Shown here: in pieces, positions 11,188 to 23,173 of the stretch | How the letters are laid out: every line of letters begins with the position of its first letter | How positions within the stretch are numbered: position 1 is the first letter of the stretch | Origin: Mobula hypostoma | Lineage: Eukaryota | NCBI RefSeq assembly: GCF_963921235.1 | Contig: NC_086098.1 | Coordinates: forward strand, 154,442,001-154,506,000 | Reading direction: 5' to 3' | Length of the DNA stretch: 64,000 nt | Notes under the pieces: generated by a model | Databases searched by the model: none | What the model was told of the DNA's origin: nothing | Seen by the model: only the letters and a program-made list of their open reading frames with translations | Program-made: the position numbers and the translations under genes

Positions 11188-14100
11188 GGGTGCCCAGAGA
11201 ACCCAGGTGGGAAGGGACACTACCCAGTGATAACAAGGGAGGCAGAAGAGGAACCGATTGTTCAGGTTGTGTTAGAAGGGCAGCTGACACCAATGATGAT
11301 AGATACTGGAGCCACGTATACTTGCGTACAGCCACAGTATGCCCTTCACCTAACCATGTCAGGAAAATTTATTAAGACTGCAGGGTTCTCGGGAAAAACA
11401 CAGTTGACACAATGTACAGCTCCAGTGAGATTAAGGATGGGCAGCAAAGGAATAGTTTTGCCGATATTAATGTCCAAAGGAACTCCGATGAATTTGCTAG
11501 GCAGAGATGCCCTATTAAAACTAGAATTAAAATTAGAATTTACCAGAAGTGGGTTGAGTGTGGAAAGAGTAAATGCTCAATTACTAGTGCGGGACGTCAA
11601 GAAAACTAATGACTTTTGGATAGGAGACATAGAAGATCAGATCTGGGAAACCTGGGAAAAATGGAAAAAGAGCGTGCAGGCTATATTGCCCCAGGCTGTA
11701 GCGCCCAAATCTGAGTTACATTGCACAGTGATTTTTGACGAAACTCAGAATGAAGAGCTAGAGGAGGGATGGCACAAGGAGGCAGGCAACCGGCAGCATC
11801 TAAGAGGAGAAGCTATAATAATTAGGAGACAAGGGGCAGCCCTGCAAGTCAGGTGGAATACCTTCTTGGAGAAATGATACAGGATACTGGAAGCTGAGCC
11901 CCACATAACACTGCTGGTAAATGAGGGACATCAGTCTAAAGACCTAGGACCCTTAGTAAAGCACGCTGGAACCGTGACAGTGTGGAGGAAAATTATGCCA
12001 CAGGTGTGGGCATCAGGAGACAACAACTATTTTAAAATAGAGGTAGATATAGATATAGTAGGAACAACAAAGGAGGTTGAAGTAACTCCCCAACCACACC
12101 TGACGTTATTGGGAAAGGAGGAAGGCCAGCAGAGAGATAACAGGCTGGATAGGTTACCATCTATTCTGTGGTCACAACATGACAGGGATGTAGGGAGAAT
12201 AAGAACAGCCAGTCCTGTAGAAATACAGCTGAAAGAGGAAGCAATTCCACCCAGGAGACCACAATATCCCTTGAAACCAGAGGCAGAAGAGGGAATAGCG
12301 CCAACGATGCAGGGGCTACTGGAGGCAGGAGTACTCTAAAGGACAGACAGACAGACCATGTAATACCCCACTGTTACCTGTCCTTAAAGCGGATAAATCT
12401 AAATGGAGACTGGTGCATGACTTGCGAGCGGTGAATGTGGTAGTGGAGGACTGGCCAGTGGTAGTTCCCAACCCACACATGCTCTTGACTAATGTTCCAC
12501 CAGAGGCAGACTATTTTTCAGTGATTGATTTGTGTTCGGCTTTTTTTGGCGTTCCCCTGGCAGATCAGTGTCAGTACCTATTTGCATTTACATACAGAGA
12601 CAACCAGTATACCTACACTAGAATGCCGCAAGGATTTAAACATTCACCACACGTGTTTAATCAAGTGTTAAAGGCAGACCAAGAGGGCATATCGTTGGAA
12701 AGTACATTGATACAGTATGTGGATGATTTGTTGATTTGCTCCAAAAGTGAGGGACAGTGTGAACAGGATACCATAACCCTTTTAGAGAGACTGGTGCATG
12801 GAGGGCATAAGGTATCTGGAAAGAAGCTGCAATTTTGTAAGCAACAGGTAGAATACCTAGGTAGAGTGATATCCAAGGGAGCGAAGGCGATAGCGCCAGA
12901 TCAAATTAAGGCTATAACTAAAGCTCCCAAGCCCCAGACAGTGAGATAGATGATGACGTTTCTGGGACTGACAGGATATAGTTCAGATTGGATTGGGGAA
13001 TATGCTGAAATTGTAACGCCACTAAGGCAACTAATGAAGGAAGCAGGACATACAAGCTTGAGGAATAGCCTATAGTGGAATGAGGAGGCGGAAGTGGCTT
13101 TCAATACTATAAAGCAGGAATTGCAGTCAGCCCCAGCATTAGCTTTGCCTGACTACAAGAAGGCCTTTCATCTGTACGTATGCAACCGACAGGAAGGTTA
13201 TGCCACGGCAGTTCTAATGCAGGAGACTGGCACAGGTAAAGCAAAGCAGCCGATAGCATACTACAGTGTGAAACTGGATGAGGTGGCTCAGGGGTACCCA
13301 CCTTGTTACCAGGGATTGGCGGCACTATACTGTGCATATGAAAAGGCCTCATCCGTAACCATGGGCTATCCTGTGATTCTGTACACACACCACAAGGTAG
13401 CAGAATTACTGGAAAGAGGGAAATTCGTATTGACACCAGCCAGGATAGCAGCATATCAGATACTACTGATATTTCCAGATATAACTATACAGAGATGCAC
13501 CACCAGTAATATAGCTGATTATGTACCTTTAGGGTATGAAGGAGAACCCCATGATTGTGTAGGGAAAACAATGACATTCGTTAAATTGAGAGCAGATTTA
13601 CGATCAGAACCATTAGAGGACGAAGATAAAAAGGTCCTGTTCGTAGATGGCTCTTGTTACAGGGATCACGATGGGAATCACGCAGGTTCTCAATAGTGCA
13701 ACAGGATCATGCAGGCTTCAAGGTCATCGGAATAGAGGCATGTCCCCAACCGTGCTCCACCCAGCTGGCGGAAATCAGAGCTTTGACAGCAGCGTGTGAA
13801 ATGATGGAAGGAGAGAAAGTAGATATCTATACAGATTCAGCATATGCTCATGGAGTGTGTCATTTATTTGGGGCAGTGTGGAAACAAAGAGGATTTAAAA
13901 AGAGCAATAGAGATCCCATACAGCACTGTCAGCAGAGTTTAGATCTAATAAAAGCATTGATGAAACCTAATGCACTGGCTATAGTAAAATGCCAGGCACA
14001 TTAAAAAAGCAATGATTCAGTAACAATGGAAAATCAAGCTGCAGATGAAACTGCCAGGAAAGCGTCTGGGTGTACATCCGCTGTTAAGTCTAGAGCTGGA

Positions 14101-15307
14101 ACCTATGGTAGAGGACCTAATTGAAATACAGGGGAAGGCAACTTTGGCAGAACAAACACTGTGGAGACGAAGGGGGGCCAGGCAGAACCCATAAGGCCTA
14201 TGGACGACGGAAGATGGCCTACTGGTAGCTCCCACCCCTTTACTGACTATCCTGATCTCAGAAGCACATGGGATGGATCATTGTGCAAGGGGGGAAGTAA
14301 TAAGGAAAATAAAAAAGGATGGATTTTGGTCGCCTTATTTACAGGCTTCAGTAGACCATGTATTGTCACAGTGCGAGGTATGTGCGCAGAATAATGTTCG
14401 GAAAGGAATTACAACCCCAATAGGTCATATACCCATACCTGAAGGGCCATTTAAACACCTAGTGATTGACTATGTAGACATGATAAAAACAGTAAGAGGG
14501 AAAAGATACATGTTGATGGTAATCGACAGATTCAACAGGTGGGTAGAGGCAGTACCCTCGAAAGATCAAGGGGCAGAAACAGTGGTGAAATTCCTGACAA
14601 ACGAAGTGATCCCAAGGTTTGGGATACCGACAGAAATTAGCTCAGACAATGGTTCAGCTTTCACCCAAAAAGTGGTCAAGTTAATACTGCAAGCACTGAG
14701 AATAAAGCAAAGATTTGGATGTGTGTATGACCCTCAGTCGCAGGGTATGGTGGAAAGAATTAACGGGACCTTAAAAACCAAACTGAACAAAATCTCTGCA
14801 GATAATAAACTCAACTGGGTTGATGCATTACCATTAGCATTAATGAGTTACCGCATGCAGACTAATCGGATGACGTGTCTAACACCGCATGAAATGTTAA
14901 CCGGAAGGCCCATGCCAGTGCCCCAGTGAAGAGGACCATATAAAGGGCCTAGTTTGGAACAATTGGAAATGGAATTAAAACAATACGTGCGGCAATCAAC
15001 TATGATACATAAGTCTATTTATGCATAGGAAAAACAGAAAGAGTCAGAGATCAATCAAGGGGAAGGACCAATCAAGCCAGGCGATCAGGTCTACGTGCGA
15101 GCGTTTCGAAGAAAGTGGAACACACCCAGAAGGGAAGGGCCCTTTATAGTAACCAAAGCATCACCCACTGCAGTTCAAGTGGAAGGATGCTCCACCTGCT
15201 ATCATCTCAATCACTGCGCTAGAGCAATCCCGCAGGTACAGTCAGGTGGGCCACCTGAGGTAAGTGGTGAAGAGGAACAAACAGTAGGGGACAGGCAGGA
15301 GCAATAA
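11188..15307 (+). pseudogene. pol: ERV pro-pol (protease, 2H-like insert, RT, tether, RNase H, integrase), several stops and frameshifts
   Basis: In frame with gag after the TAG. Motifs MIDTGA; DLCSAFF; MPQGFKHSP; QYVDD; FVDGS, AEIRAL, YTDSAY; HHCC remnant, IDYVD, SDNG, QSQGMVER; C-terminal GPF motif. Confidence 0.95.
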
Positions 15308-15401
15308 GAAGCTGATACTGAACCGCAGGAACTTGACCAAGTAATACGGGAAATTTTTTGGTCCTGAGGACAGGCCCGAAGACCTTAAGGATGGGTTATG
15401 G

Positions 15402-16967
15402 ATGGTAGTACTCTTTCAGATAATGGGGACGACTTGGGGGTGACCAGTCCCGTCCCCCGGGATGATACACTCAGATACTCTTGTGCAGATTTGGAGACCA
15501 TTAATTTGGCAGATGTGGCATCGGACTGTTAGGATCCCACAAAATCTGAGAGAAAGGAGTAAGAGGAGCACAACGGTTACCTCCGTACCATGGTACCAGA
15601 ACATGTGGTACCAATGGGCAAATTTTACAGCAGGGATGATGAAGAGACAGAAGTGTTTTCTATGCTCAAGGGCAAGTCCGGTGCAACACGTAGCCCCCAT
15701 GCCTTATAACTCCTCCACCTGCACACAATGGCGAAAGGAGCAGAGGGGGCAGTGTGTGCGGCAGTGTCCAACTGTAGTCAAGACCTGCAGTACGGGAATT
15801 TGTAGCAGGACAGATCCTTGTTATCAGAAATGTATTGATAACACACCAATGTGCCCTTATTGCTGTATGTTATACCAGGCTTCCTCGCAGTTTGATCAAA
15901 ACAAGCTTGCCTCTAACTGTAATTACAGCAGACCGTGGGCTATAAATAAAAGAAGCCAGACACTCACATTGGGAAAGCTTAAAATGCAGGAACATTTGAG
16001 TTATGAATGTTTCACGCAGACAGGTGACCTCTCGGTTGGGCATTTCAGCGGCCACTGTGTTAAGATTTGGGATGTAACCCCAGGCCGAAGATACCAGACA
16101 GGTGCCCCTCTGCCCAAGGGTGCACTGAACTCCCAGACCATCCCGTTAGCAGATACCTCGTGGCTGTGTGGACAAGAGGGGGATCTGAGATCCACACTTC
16201 CCCTTAATTGGGCGGGTACATGTACGCGTGTTATGCTGATTCAAGAAGTTGTAGTATCCCCTGAAATACAGTTTGACACCTCAAGGCAACAGACACTAAA
16301 ACGGAGGAAGAGAAAATATGAGCCCAACCTGACAATTCGGATCGACAGAATAGGACAGCCGAGGGGTATACCTAACGAGTTTAAGGCAAGAAATGAGATT
16401 GCTGCGGGCTGGGAAGCACTTATACATGTAATAGTGATTAACAAAAATGTTGAGTGGATAAATTATATATATTATAATCAACAGAGATTCATTAACTACA
16501 CCGATGATGCGCTAGAGGTTTTGGGACAGCAGCTAGATGCAACCAGTAGAGTGGCATGGCAAAATAGACAGGTACCAGACTGGCTATTGGTAGAGAAAGG
16601 AGGAGTTTGTGTAATATTTGGGGAACTGTGCTGTACTCTTATACCGAATAACACTAGTCTGGAGGGATCGTTTACCAGAGCAATGAATAAACTGAAAAAT
16701 CTAAGAAAACAAGTTAAACAAAATGCAGGGTTTGGACACCAGTTCTTTGACTGGTTAAATAGTGAAGTAGGAGGGTGGGGAGCATGGCTGACCAAGATTG
16801 CAGTAACCATCGGTATTGTATTACTAAGCTGTGCGGTCATTCTGTGCTGTTTTCTTCCATGCCTCAAGTCGCTTGTAGTGCGTGCTGCAATGAAACGGTT
16901 TCCGATGCTGCTGGAAATTATTGGGTCGAGCCCTACAGAGAAAGAAGCACCGATGATGTATTCGTAG
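15402..16967 (+). pseudogene. env: ERV env (gamma-type SU-TM): 501 open codons from 15462, cut off from its signal peptide by one TGA at 15441
   Basis: CFLC (CxxC), furin site RRKRK, ISD-like QNRQVPDWLLVEKGGVC, CX6CC (CVIFGELCC), TM IAVTIGIVLLSCAVILCCFL. Upstream in-frame hydrophobic WMVVLFQIMGTTWG*. Confidence 0.9.
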
Positions 16968-17249
16968 AGTCTACGAGACACGCAAGACAAACAGGAGAGA
17001 GATGAAATATGTGGGGATTAGACTGTGAAGGCTCCTGAGTCTTTTTCCCTGTCTCAGATACGAAGGGATGGGTTTTTGGCTCAGCGGCCTAGGGAGGTAG
17101 GGAGAGAACGCTTTGAGTCCTAAGCGCAGGAAACTATAGTTTAACCCAAATTTGGGAGTAAATGCGGGGCTTTATTTGAGCTTTTGTGCATAGACTCTCA
17201 GTCCTCTCTCTCTCTGTATGAGACCCTGTAGGTCTCAAAGGGCTTATTA

Positions 17250-17831
17250 TATTGAAAAATGCAAATGCATGCATTGTATTTTCTATGTATTATAATATTT
17301 ACTCAACAGCATTTACTCAAATGCACACATTGTATTTTCTATATTTACCATGTAACCACTGCTAGCTCAATAGAAGGTATTCACTATGTAGCCATGACTT
17401 TTAACCTGTTCACTATTAATTCATGAAGAGAACTAGAATGAAATCAAGTAGAAAGATAACGGTGGCGAGTAAGGTGATGAAATATGCGGCAGTATGTCAA
17501 CTCAAGACTAATTAAGAAATAACTGTGGTTAGGGATGAGAGGACATATGGTCTAAAATGTAAACTAGTATATAATTAAGTTGGGGAGTAAAACAATAGTG
17601 GAAAGTCGAGAGCGGATATATTGATGATATGTAATCACAGGCCGACTGGATATGATAATGTAGCTAAGATAGGAAAATTGCTATAAAAATGCTGTATACA
17701 AGCCTCGACAGGCAGTCAGCTACTAGCTTTCTGATTGTCTCAGCTTTCATTTGCAAATTAAAGTTTCAAACGTCTTGACGAGTTTTCCGTGTCTCCTTGT
17801 CATTTGTGAGAAACAAGAAACCACGACAAAA
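17250..17831 (+). repeat. ERV 3' LTR (582 bp)
   Basis: Direct repeat of 7732-8313, followed by GGAG and the rest of the CR1 tail. Confidence 0.95.
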
Positions 17832-18789
17832 GGAGCAGACCGGATGGGCCAGATTGCCTATTTCTGCTCCTATATCTTATGATCTTAGAATCGCATTGTG
17901 CTGGCTAAAAGTAATTGGGTTCCGAGGATGGAGGCTGAAGTCATGCATGCAATTGGTGTTTCATTCCGGAGAGTTTTGTGAAAGTTTCAGTCTTTCTTAT
18001 GTTAGCATTCTGTTTTTCTTTTATACACCGTGTTCATGGAATCACAACTTTCATCTCACTGACTTGCTGAGGCCTATGGACCATGGACAGTGAAACACTA
18101 GTGCATAAATTTCTACTTCTGTGCATTGGTAGGCGTGATTGGCACTTCCCATTGACTACTAAATTTTAGTGAAAAATTTGGAATATAGACATGGCAAGAT
18201 TTTTCTAGAATGAGTATTTTTTCTACTGCTTATGGTTCAATGTACCACGTGGATGCTTTATCTTAAAACAGTAATTCTGCTTTCCATCCCAACCATTTAT
18301 CTTAAAGTTAATGCAAGATAACAGAAAGATTATGTCATAGATAATGTTGTGAATGATACAATAAATCAAAGCATCTATGACAGTTTTGTTTTCTTCCGCT
18401 TCATCTTCTGTATTATCAGTATTGGATTTTACAACCAGAGCTCTAAGATCCTCCGTATACAACTTACCCGTGGTGGAGTAGACAACTATTGATATCACAA
18501 CCATTGCAGTGTCCACTGTTGCCAGCTCCTTGTTGAGTGATGAGTTTCAGACAGATACAAAAGAAGTAGGACACGTATTAGTAAAACAGACGAACGAATT
18601 ATTCTTGTACCAGGTGTATAAGCGTTGTACTCTATGTATAAGTGTGACAGGACTACAAATTCCTAGCTAGTGTGGAATCAGCCTCCAGGATCTTCACCCA
18701 GACACATAAACAATAGTGTGATCCCTACAATGTTTTATGGATTAGAAAGGGGGATATGTTGTCCATGAAGAAATGAAAATACAGAAGAA

Positions 18790-19622
18790 AACTTCGAGCT
18801 TCCGGTAAGATGGCGGCGTGTGTACACGTAGCACCCCCTCGGGGGCCAACCGAGGATGCTTGTTTTCCCTTGTTAAATAAGTTTTTATGAATAGTATTAA
18901 TTCTTTACAATAAGAACTACTTCTACAGCAAGTCGATCACATCAGAGAGCTACTCACTGTTAGGACTAGCCAGCCGGGTGTCATAAGAGCCTGACAGTGG
19001 TTCGGAATAGGTGAATCAGCCAGCTAGGCCGGCGAAAAGGTCGAATCGGCTGGTAGGGCCTGGGGAGAGGTCAAATCGGCCCATGGGGCCGGGCAAAACT
19101 GGATTCGGTTCGGAAGAGTAGACCTGGGTGATTAGGGTGCTGCTGTCTGCTTACTCTGTGGCGCCGGAGTTGACGCAAAGGCGGCGTTTAGTGTAACTGT
19201 GAATGACTGTCTTGCACTTTTGTTTTACGATCGCAAGACCCTGTTGGAAATTGATTGCCTCAGACCTGTTTCCCTTATTTGGTGAGGAACAGGCGGTGAG
19301 GAGGCAGTGTCGCCGTGGTTGTAACTAGAACTAGGCCTCAGTCCTCAGGTTGCGTTATAGAGTCAGTCCGGGCTCGCTTGAGGGTGGCACCAATGGCGGG
19401 ATGGTGAAATTACAGACTGGATGTCTGGGAATCATTAAATTGCTTTCTTAAATTTGTTTTCTAAAGTTTGATTTCTTAAGAAATTGTTATCTTCTTTTTC
19501 CTTGGTCATCATTTTGAATGCGAGGGCATGTTTTTGCATCTTGGCCCCTGGGGAGCTTGGCCTCATTCAGCTATATCCATCTATATTTTGAATGCTAATT
19601 AAACTTTATTTGATTTGATTAG
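18790..19622 (+). repeat. Unclassified interspersed element, probably a non-autonomous retroelement
   Basis: CpG-rich start CTTCCGGTAAGATGGCGGCG like the L1 5' end at ~4960. Internal ~29-bp imperfect tandem units at 19010-19110. AT-rich (ATTTG)n end. Confidence 0.35.
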
Positions 19623-19778
19623 AACTTCAATGGATCAAGGACAGTGGAAGTAGAGAAGCCAGGGGTCTTTGTTCTGGCCATGTGCTTGAAGGAATGGAGT
19701 CTGTCATTTTGAAAGGCTGCTCTGGAACCAGGATGTTATGAACTGTTTGATGAACTGGTTCTTGCTCTGGGATAACAT

Positions 19779-20373
19779 CAGACATCCCACCTCTCCCGGA
19801 ACTTCCGGGAGTCTCCCGTATAGTAATAGTGGCTGCCTGATGCCCGCATATTATATACAATATCACGGAAATCAATTTTTTGAGAGCGAGCGAGAGAAAA
19901 GCAAGGGAGAGAGCGCGCGCGAGAGAGACAGCGAAAGCGAAGGCGAGCGAGAGAGGGAGAGAGAGCGAGAGAGAGCGAGCGAGAGCGCTTGAGAGCGCGC
20001 GAGCGACCACGAGAGAGAGCGAGCGAGAGCGCGCCGCGGCAGAGTGTTCCAAAAAAATATAAACCGTACGTCACCTCAGACTACACTAAAGTGTACCCCT
20101 GCCTAATAGGGGTCAAAAAAATGACAGTGTTGCTCGCTGCACTGTTTGCAACAGTGACTTTTCTATTGCCCATGGTGGGTTAAGACTGTAAAAGACATGT
20201 TGAGGTGAGTTTAACGGGTGTCATTCGTTTATTAGCATAGCTAACGTTATTTAAACTAGCTGGCCAGCTGCTAAGGAGCTACTCTATTGCAGACATCCCA
20301 CCTCTCCCGGAAGTCTCCCGCAAATTGATGGTGCTACCTCCCTGAAATGAGTTTTTGCAGGGTGGGATGACTG
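19779..20373. mobile_element. Non-autonomous DNA transposon (MITE, hAT-like TIRs) containing a GA/GAGC microsatellite
   Basis: TIRs CAGACATCCCACC and GGTGGGATGACTG (12/13 match). Flanking direct repeat TAACAT at 19773-19778 and 20374-20379. Internal copy of the left-end motif at ~20290. Confidence 0.75.
19882..20040. repeat. Compound (GA)n/(GAGC)n microsatellite
   Basis: Visible low-complexity purine-rich tract. Confidence 0.9.
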
Positions 20374-21959
20374 TAACATGAATCAGAGAAATTAAATGTG
20401 AACACTAAGAATTTCTGATAATGATCTGCTAAACTTGAGAACGTTCTCAGCTGAACTGTTCATTGTGTATAGTGGCAGCTTTGCAGGAGTATTGTCGTTA
20501 TTTCAGCCAGTGTCTGGGTAACCCGGTTTTACTGGTTTGAACCAGAGTTGAACAGTACAAAAGAAGTTACCAGAGGCCTGAAGTTGTTGTGTATCTCTTG
20601 GCTACATCCATTAGGAACCTCACGCAGTTCAGTCAGATAATCACGAGCCAACGAGATTGATACATAACATTTGAACTGAGTATAAGAATATGGCGCTTTG
20701 AATGCAAATCAGCAAGAACTCCGGAGACTAACTATTGCAAGGAAGACTCCCACGCTCGGGGCTGCGAGAAGAAGGATCTTTTCAACGGGAAGAAAGACAA
20801 TGGGAGATCCTTTGTATTGTTGTTATAAATTGGAGAAGTGGTCGGAACCAGTATTAGTTCCAAGGGAACAGTACAGCTCATGTTTAAGTCATTGTCCTGC
20901 TGTCAGCACAGTTATGTTGGTGTTTGTGCAGAGATGATAAATGCAATCTTCAATTAATTGCCTCACACAGATCAATTGATAATAGTCAACAATATTACTG
21001 AGGTTCAAAATAATTCTTTACTTTAATATTTACGGAATTTTGCATTTCATATGGATAAGGAACACGTATGTTGTTTTGAAAACTCTTTCAAGAGCTCTTT
21101 CGTACTTTGGCAACATTAGCAATAACAACCAGCAGTTTATATTCAGGGAGGGCGGCATGTAAATGCACCTGTAAGCTCAATGAACAACGTAATTGTGGTT
21201 AATGCAGCAGTTGTTGGATATTTGCTCAAAAGTCTATTCAAGATCGGGCAAAAAATTTATTTTATATTCTGAAGCACCTGGGTATATTTAGCAATCATCA
21301 CCAGAGCCAAAAACTCGGCATGCACTCTTTTTTTCTGCCTGATTTCGCAATACAATCGCAAGCAACAACTAATGTCAGCAACAACAGTTGCTCAAAAATG
21401 TTAGCTGAGATTGTGCTCTGCTGGAGATAAACACTGCAGCTGAATTTATACAGGACCTAGAATAGAATGTCCTCGGGATGTTGTGGGTTTTATGGGAATT
21501 CACTATATCCTCTGTGGCTAGACCTTCCTTGACATTGCATAGAGTTGACTAAAAAGTTTCTTCTTTGATTGCACAATCTAATGAAGAGGTTGACAAGAAC
21601 TGAACATCTGGTGTTTCCGGCTGAAAACAATTCAGTCTTTGCTCTCTTGCTCACATCCTGCTTTCTGACACAATGTGTCACCCAGTTTCACTATTTTTTT
21701 AGTTTTTAATCACAGGATGTAACAGAAATTCAAATCTCTGATTTCAACAGATCTTGTGGAGCATAGAGCACATTGAGAGGAGCATTAATCCATAATATTC
21801 TTCTTCAATGTGTAAGTGAGTGTGTAACTGTTGTTGCAACTTCTGGCTGATAATTCTTGCCCAAGTCAAACAATCAAATTACCTGGAAGCCTATCCCTGC
21901 TGATTAACAAATTAGTTTGAGTCAAATTAGGGTTTGTCTGCCTGTCTGGCTGGCTGGCT

Positions 21960-22840
21960 GAATGGTGCCACATCAACTTCTCATTCAATGTCAGAAAAAT
22001 CAAGGAACTGATGATTGACTACAGGGGGACGAAACCGGAGGTCTATGAGCCATTCCTCATTAAGGGATCATAAGAGGAGAGGGTCAGCCACTTCAAATTA
22101 CTCTGTATTATAATTTCAGACCAGCAACTAAATTCCTCTCATTTCAGAAGATCTGACTTGTGAATAGCAGGTAGGTGCCATTACAAGGAATGGATGGTAG
22201 TCCCTCTACTTTTTCGGTATGGCAGCTAAAAAATTGACAAAATTCTATAGATATGTGGTGGAGAGTTTATTAACTCTTTGCAGCACTGCCTGGTATGGAA
22301 ACACCAATGCGCTTGAACGGAAAAGCCTATAAAAAGTAGTGGACACAATGCAGTCCATCACAGGTAAAGCCACTGAGTACAACAATAAGGAGTGCTATCG
22401 TAGGAAAGCAGTATCCATTACCAAGCATGCACAACATCCAGGCTATGCTCTCTTCTCGCTACTGCCACCAGGAAGGAGATACAGAAGTCTTGGGTCCCAC
22501 ACCACCAGTTTCAGGCAGAGTTATTACACCTTAACGTTACTGAACCAGAGGGGATAACTTCACTCACTCCAGCACTGAACTGGTTCCACAATCTGTTGAC
22601 CCACTTTCAAGAACTCAAGAACTCATGCTCTCAATATTTTTATTGTTCTTATTTTCTTATTTTTCTTCTGCATTTTCACAAATTGTCTTTGCCACATTGC
22701 TTCTATGTTTTGTTTGAATGCATTTTTCACTGATTCTGTTGTGTTTCTTCATATTTACTGTGAATGCCTGCAAGAAAATGAATTCCAGGGTAAGATATTG
22801 TGACATATATACTTAAATAATCAAATTTACTTTGAATTTT
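21960..22840 (+). mobile_element. Rex/Babar- or L2-like LINE 3' fragment with tail
   Basis: Degenerate ORF (HPGYALFSLLPPGRRYRSLGSHTTSFRQSYY). The tail recurs at 56290-56520. Confidence 0.65.
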
Positions 22841-23173
22841 AACTTCAGTCATAGAAAAATGAATGCACACCTAAGTTGCAAGCCATCACTGGGATGACAT
22901 AAACATTTGCATTTATTTCACTGAGACCAGTGTGACTCTTATTTAAGCCCAGTAAACCTATTCTCTGCCAATATATTGTAAATCCGAAGCCTGATAACTC
23001 GAGAACTATTTTGGGTCAGTGTTTTTGATCAAATCCATCCATGAGAATCAAAGTTTTTTCCCAATGCAGGATCTCGATCCAAAACTTCAATCATCCCATC
23101 ACATCTCATACGTTGCCTGTTCGGACAGTCTTTCAGAAAAGTTTGCTCTGTTCTTCCTCATTTGTTGTTCTGC

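Larger units (their letters stand above)
7732..17831 (+). mobile_element. Full-length class I (gamma/epsilon-like) endogenous retrovirus, LTR-gag-pro-pol-env-LTR, 10.1 kb, coding-defective
   Basis: Two 582-bp LTRs, a PBS, CCHC gag, DTG protease, YVDD RT, RNase H, DDE integrase and gamma-type env. The 4-bp TSD is GGAA/GGAG inside a CR1 tail. Confidence 0.95.

Noticed and set aside
9796-15307. APOBEC-type G-to-A hypermutation of the ERV
   Set aside because: Only some stops are TGG>TAG/TGA; others look like CAG>TAG or indels, and the LTR differences are of mixed types.
15462-16967. Calling env a domesticated syncytin-like gene
   Set aside because: The signal peptide is cut off by a stop, the provirus is a fairly recent full-length copy, and there is no orthology or expression evidence.
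9519-16990. Long antisense ORFs over gag and env (for example 9519-9968, 10452-10856, 16496-16990) as accessory genes
   Set aside because: They are shadows of purine-rich sense coding sequence and have no independent motifs.
19627-20183. Several ORFs rich in R/E/A/S/L on both strands
   Set aside because: They are translations of the GA/GAGC microsatellite inside the MITE.
20940-21400. Possible hAT transposase C-terminal remnant on the minus strand
   Set aside because: Only faint motif resemblance across broken frames; it cannot be supported without a profile search.
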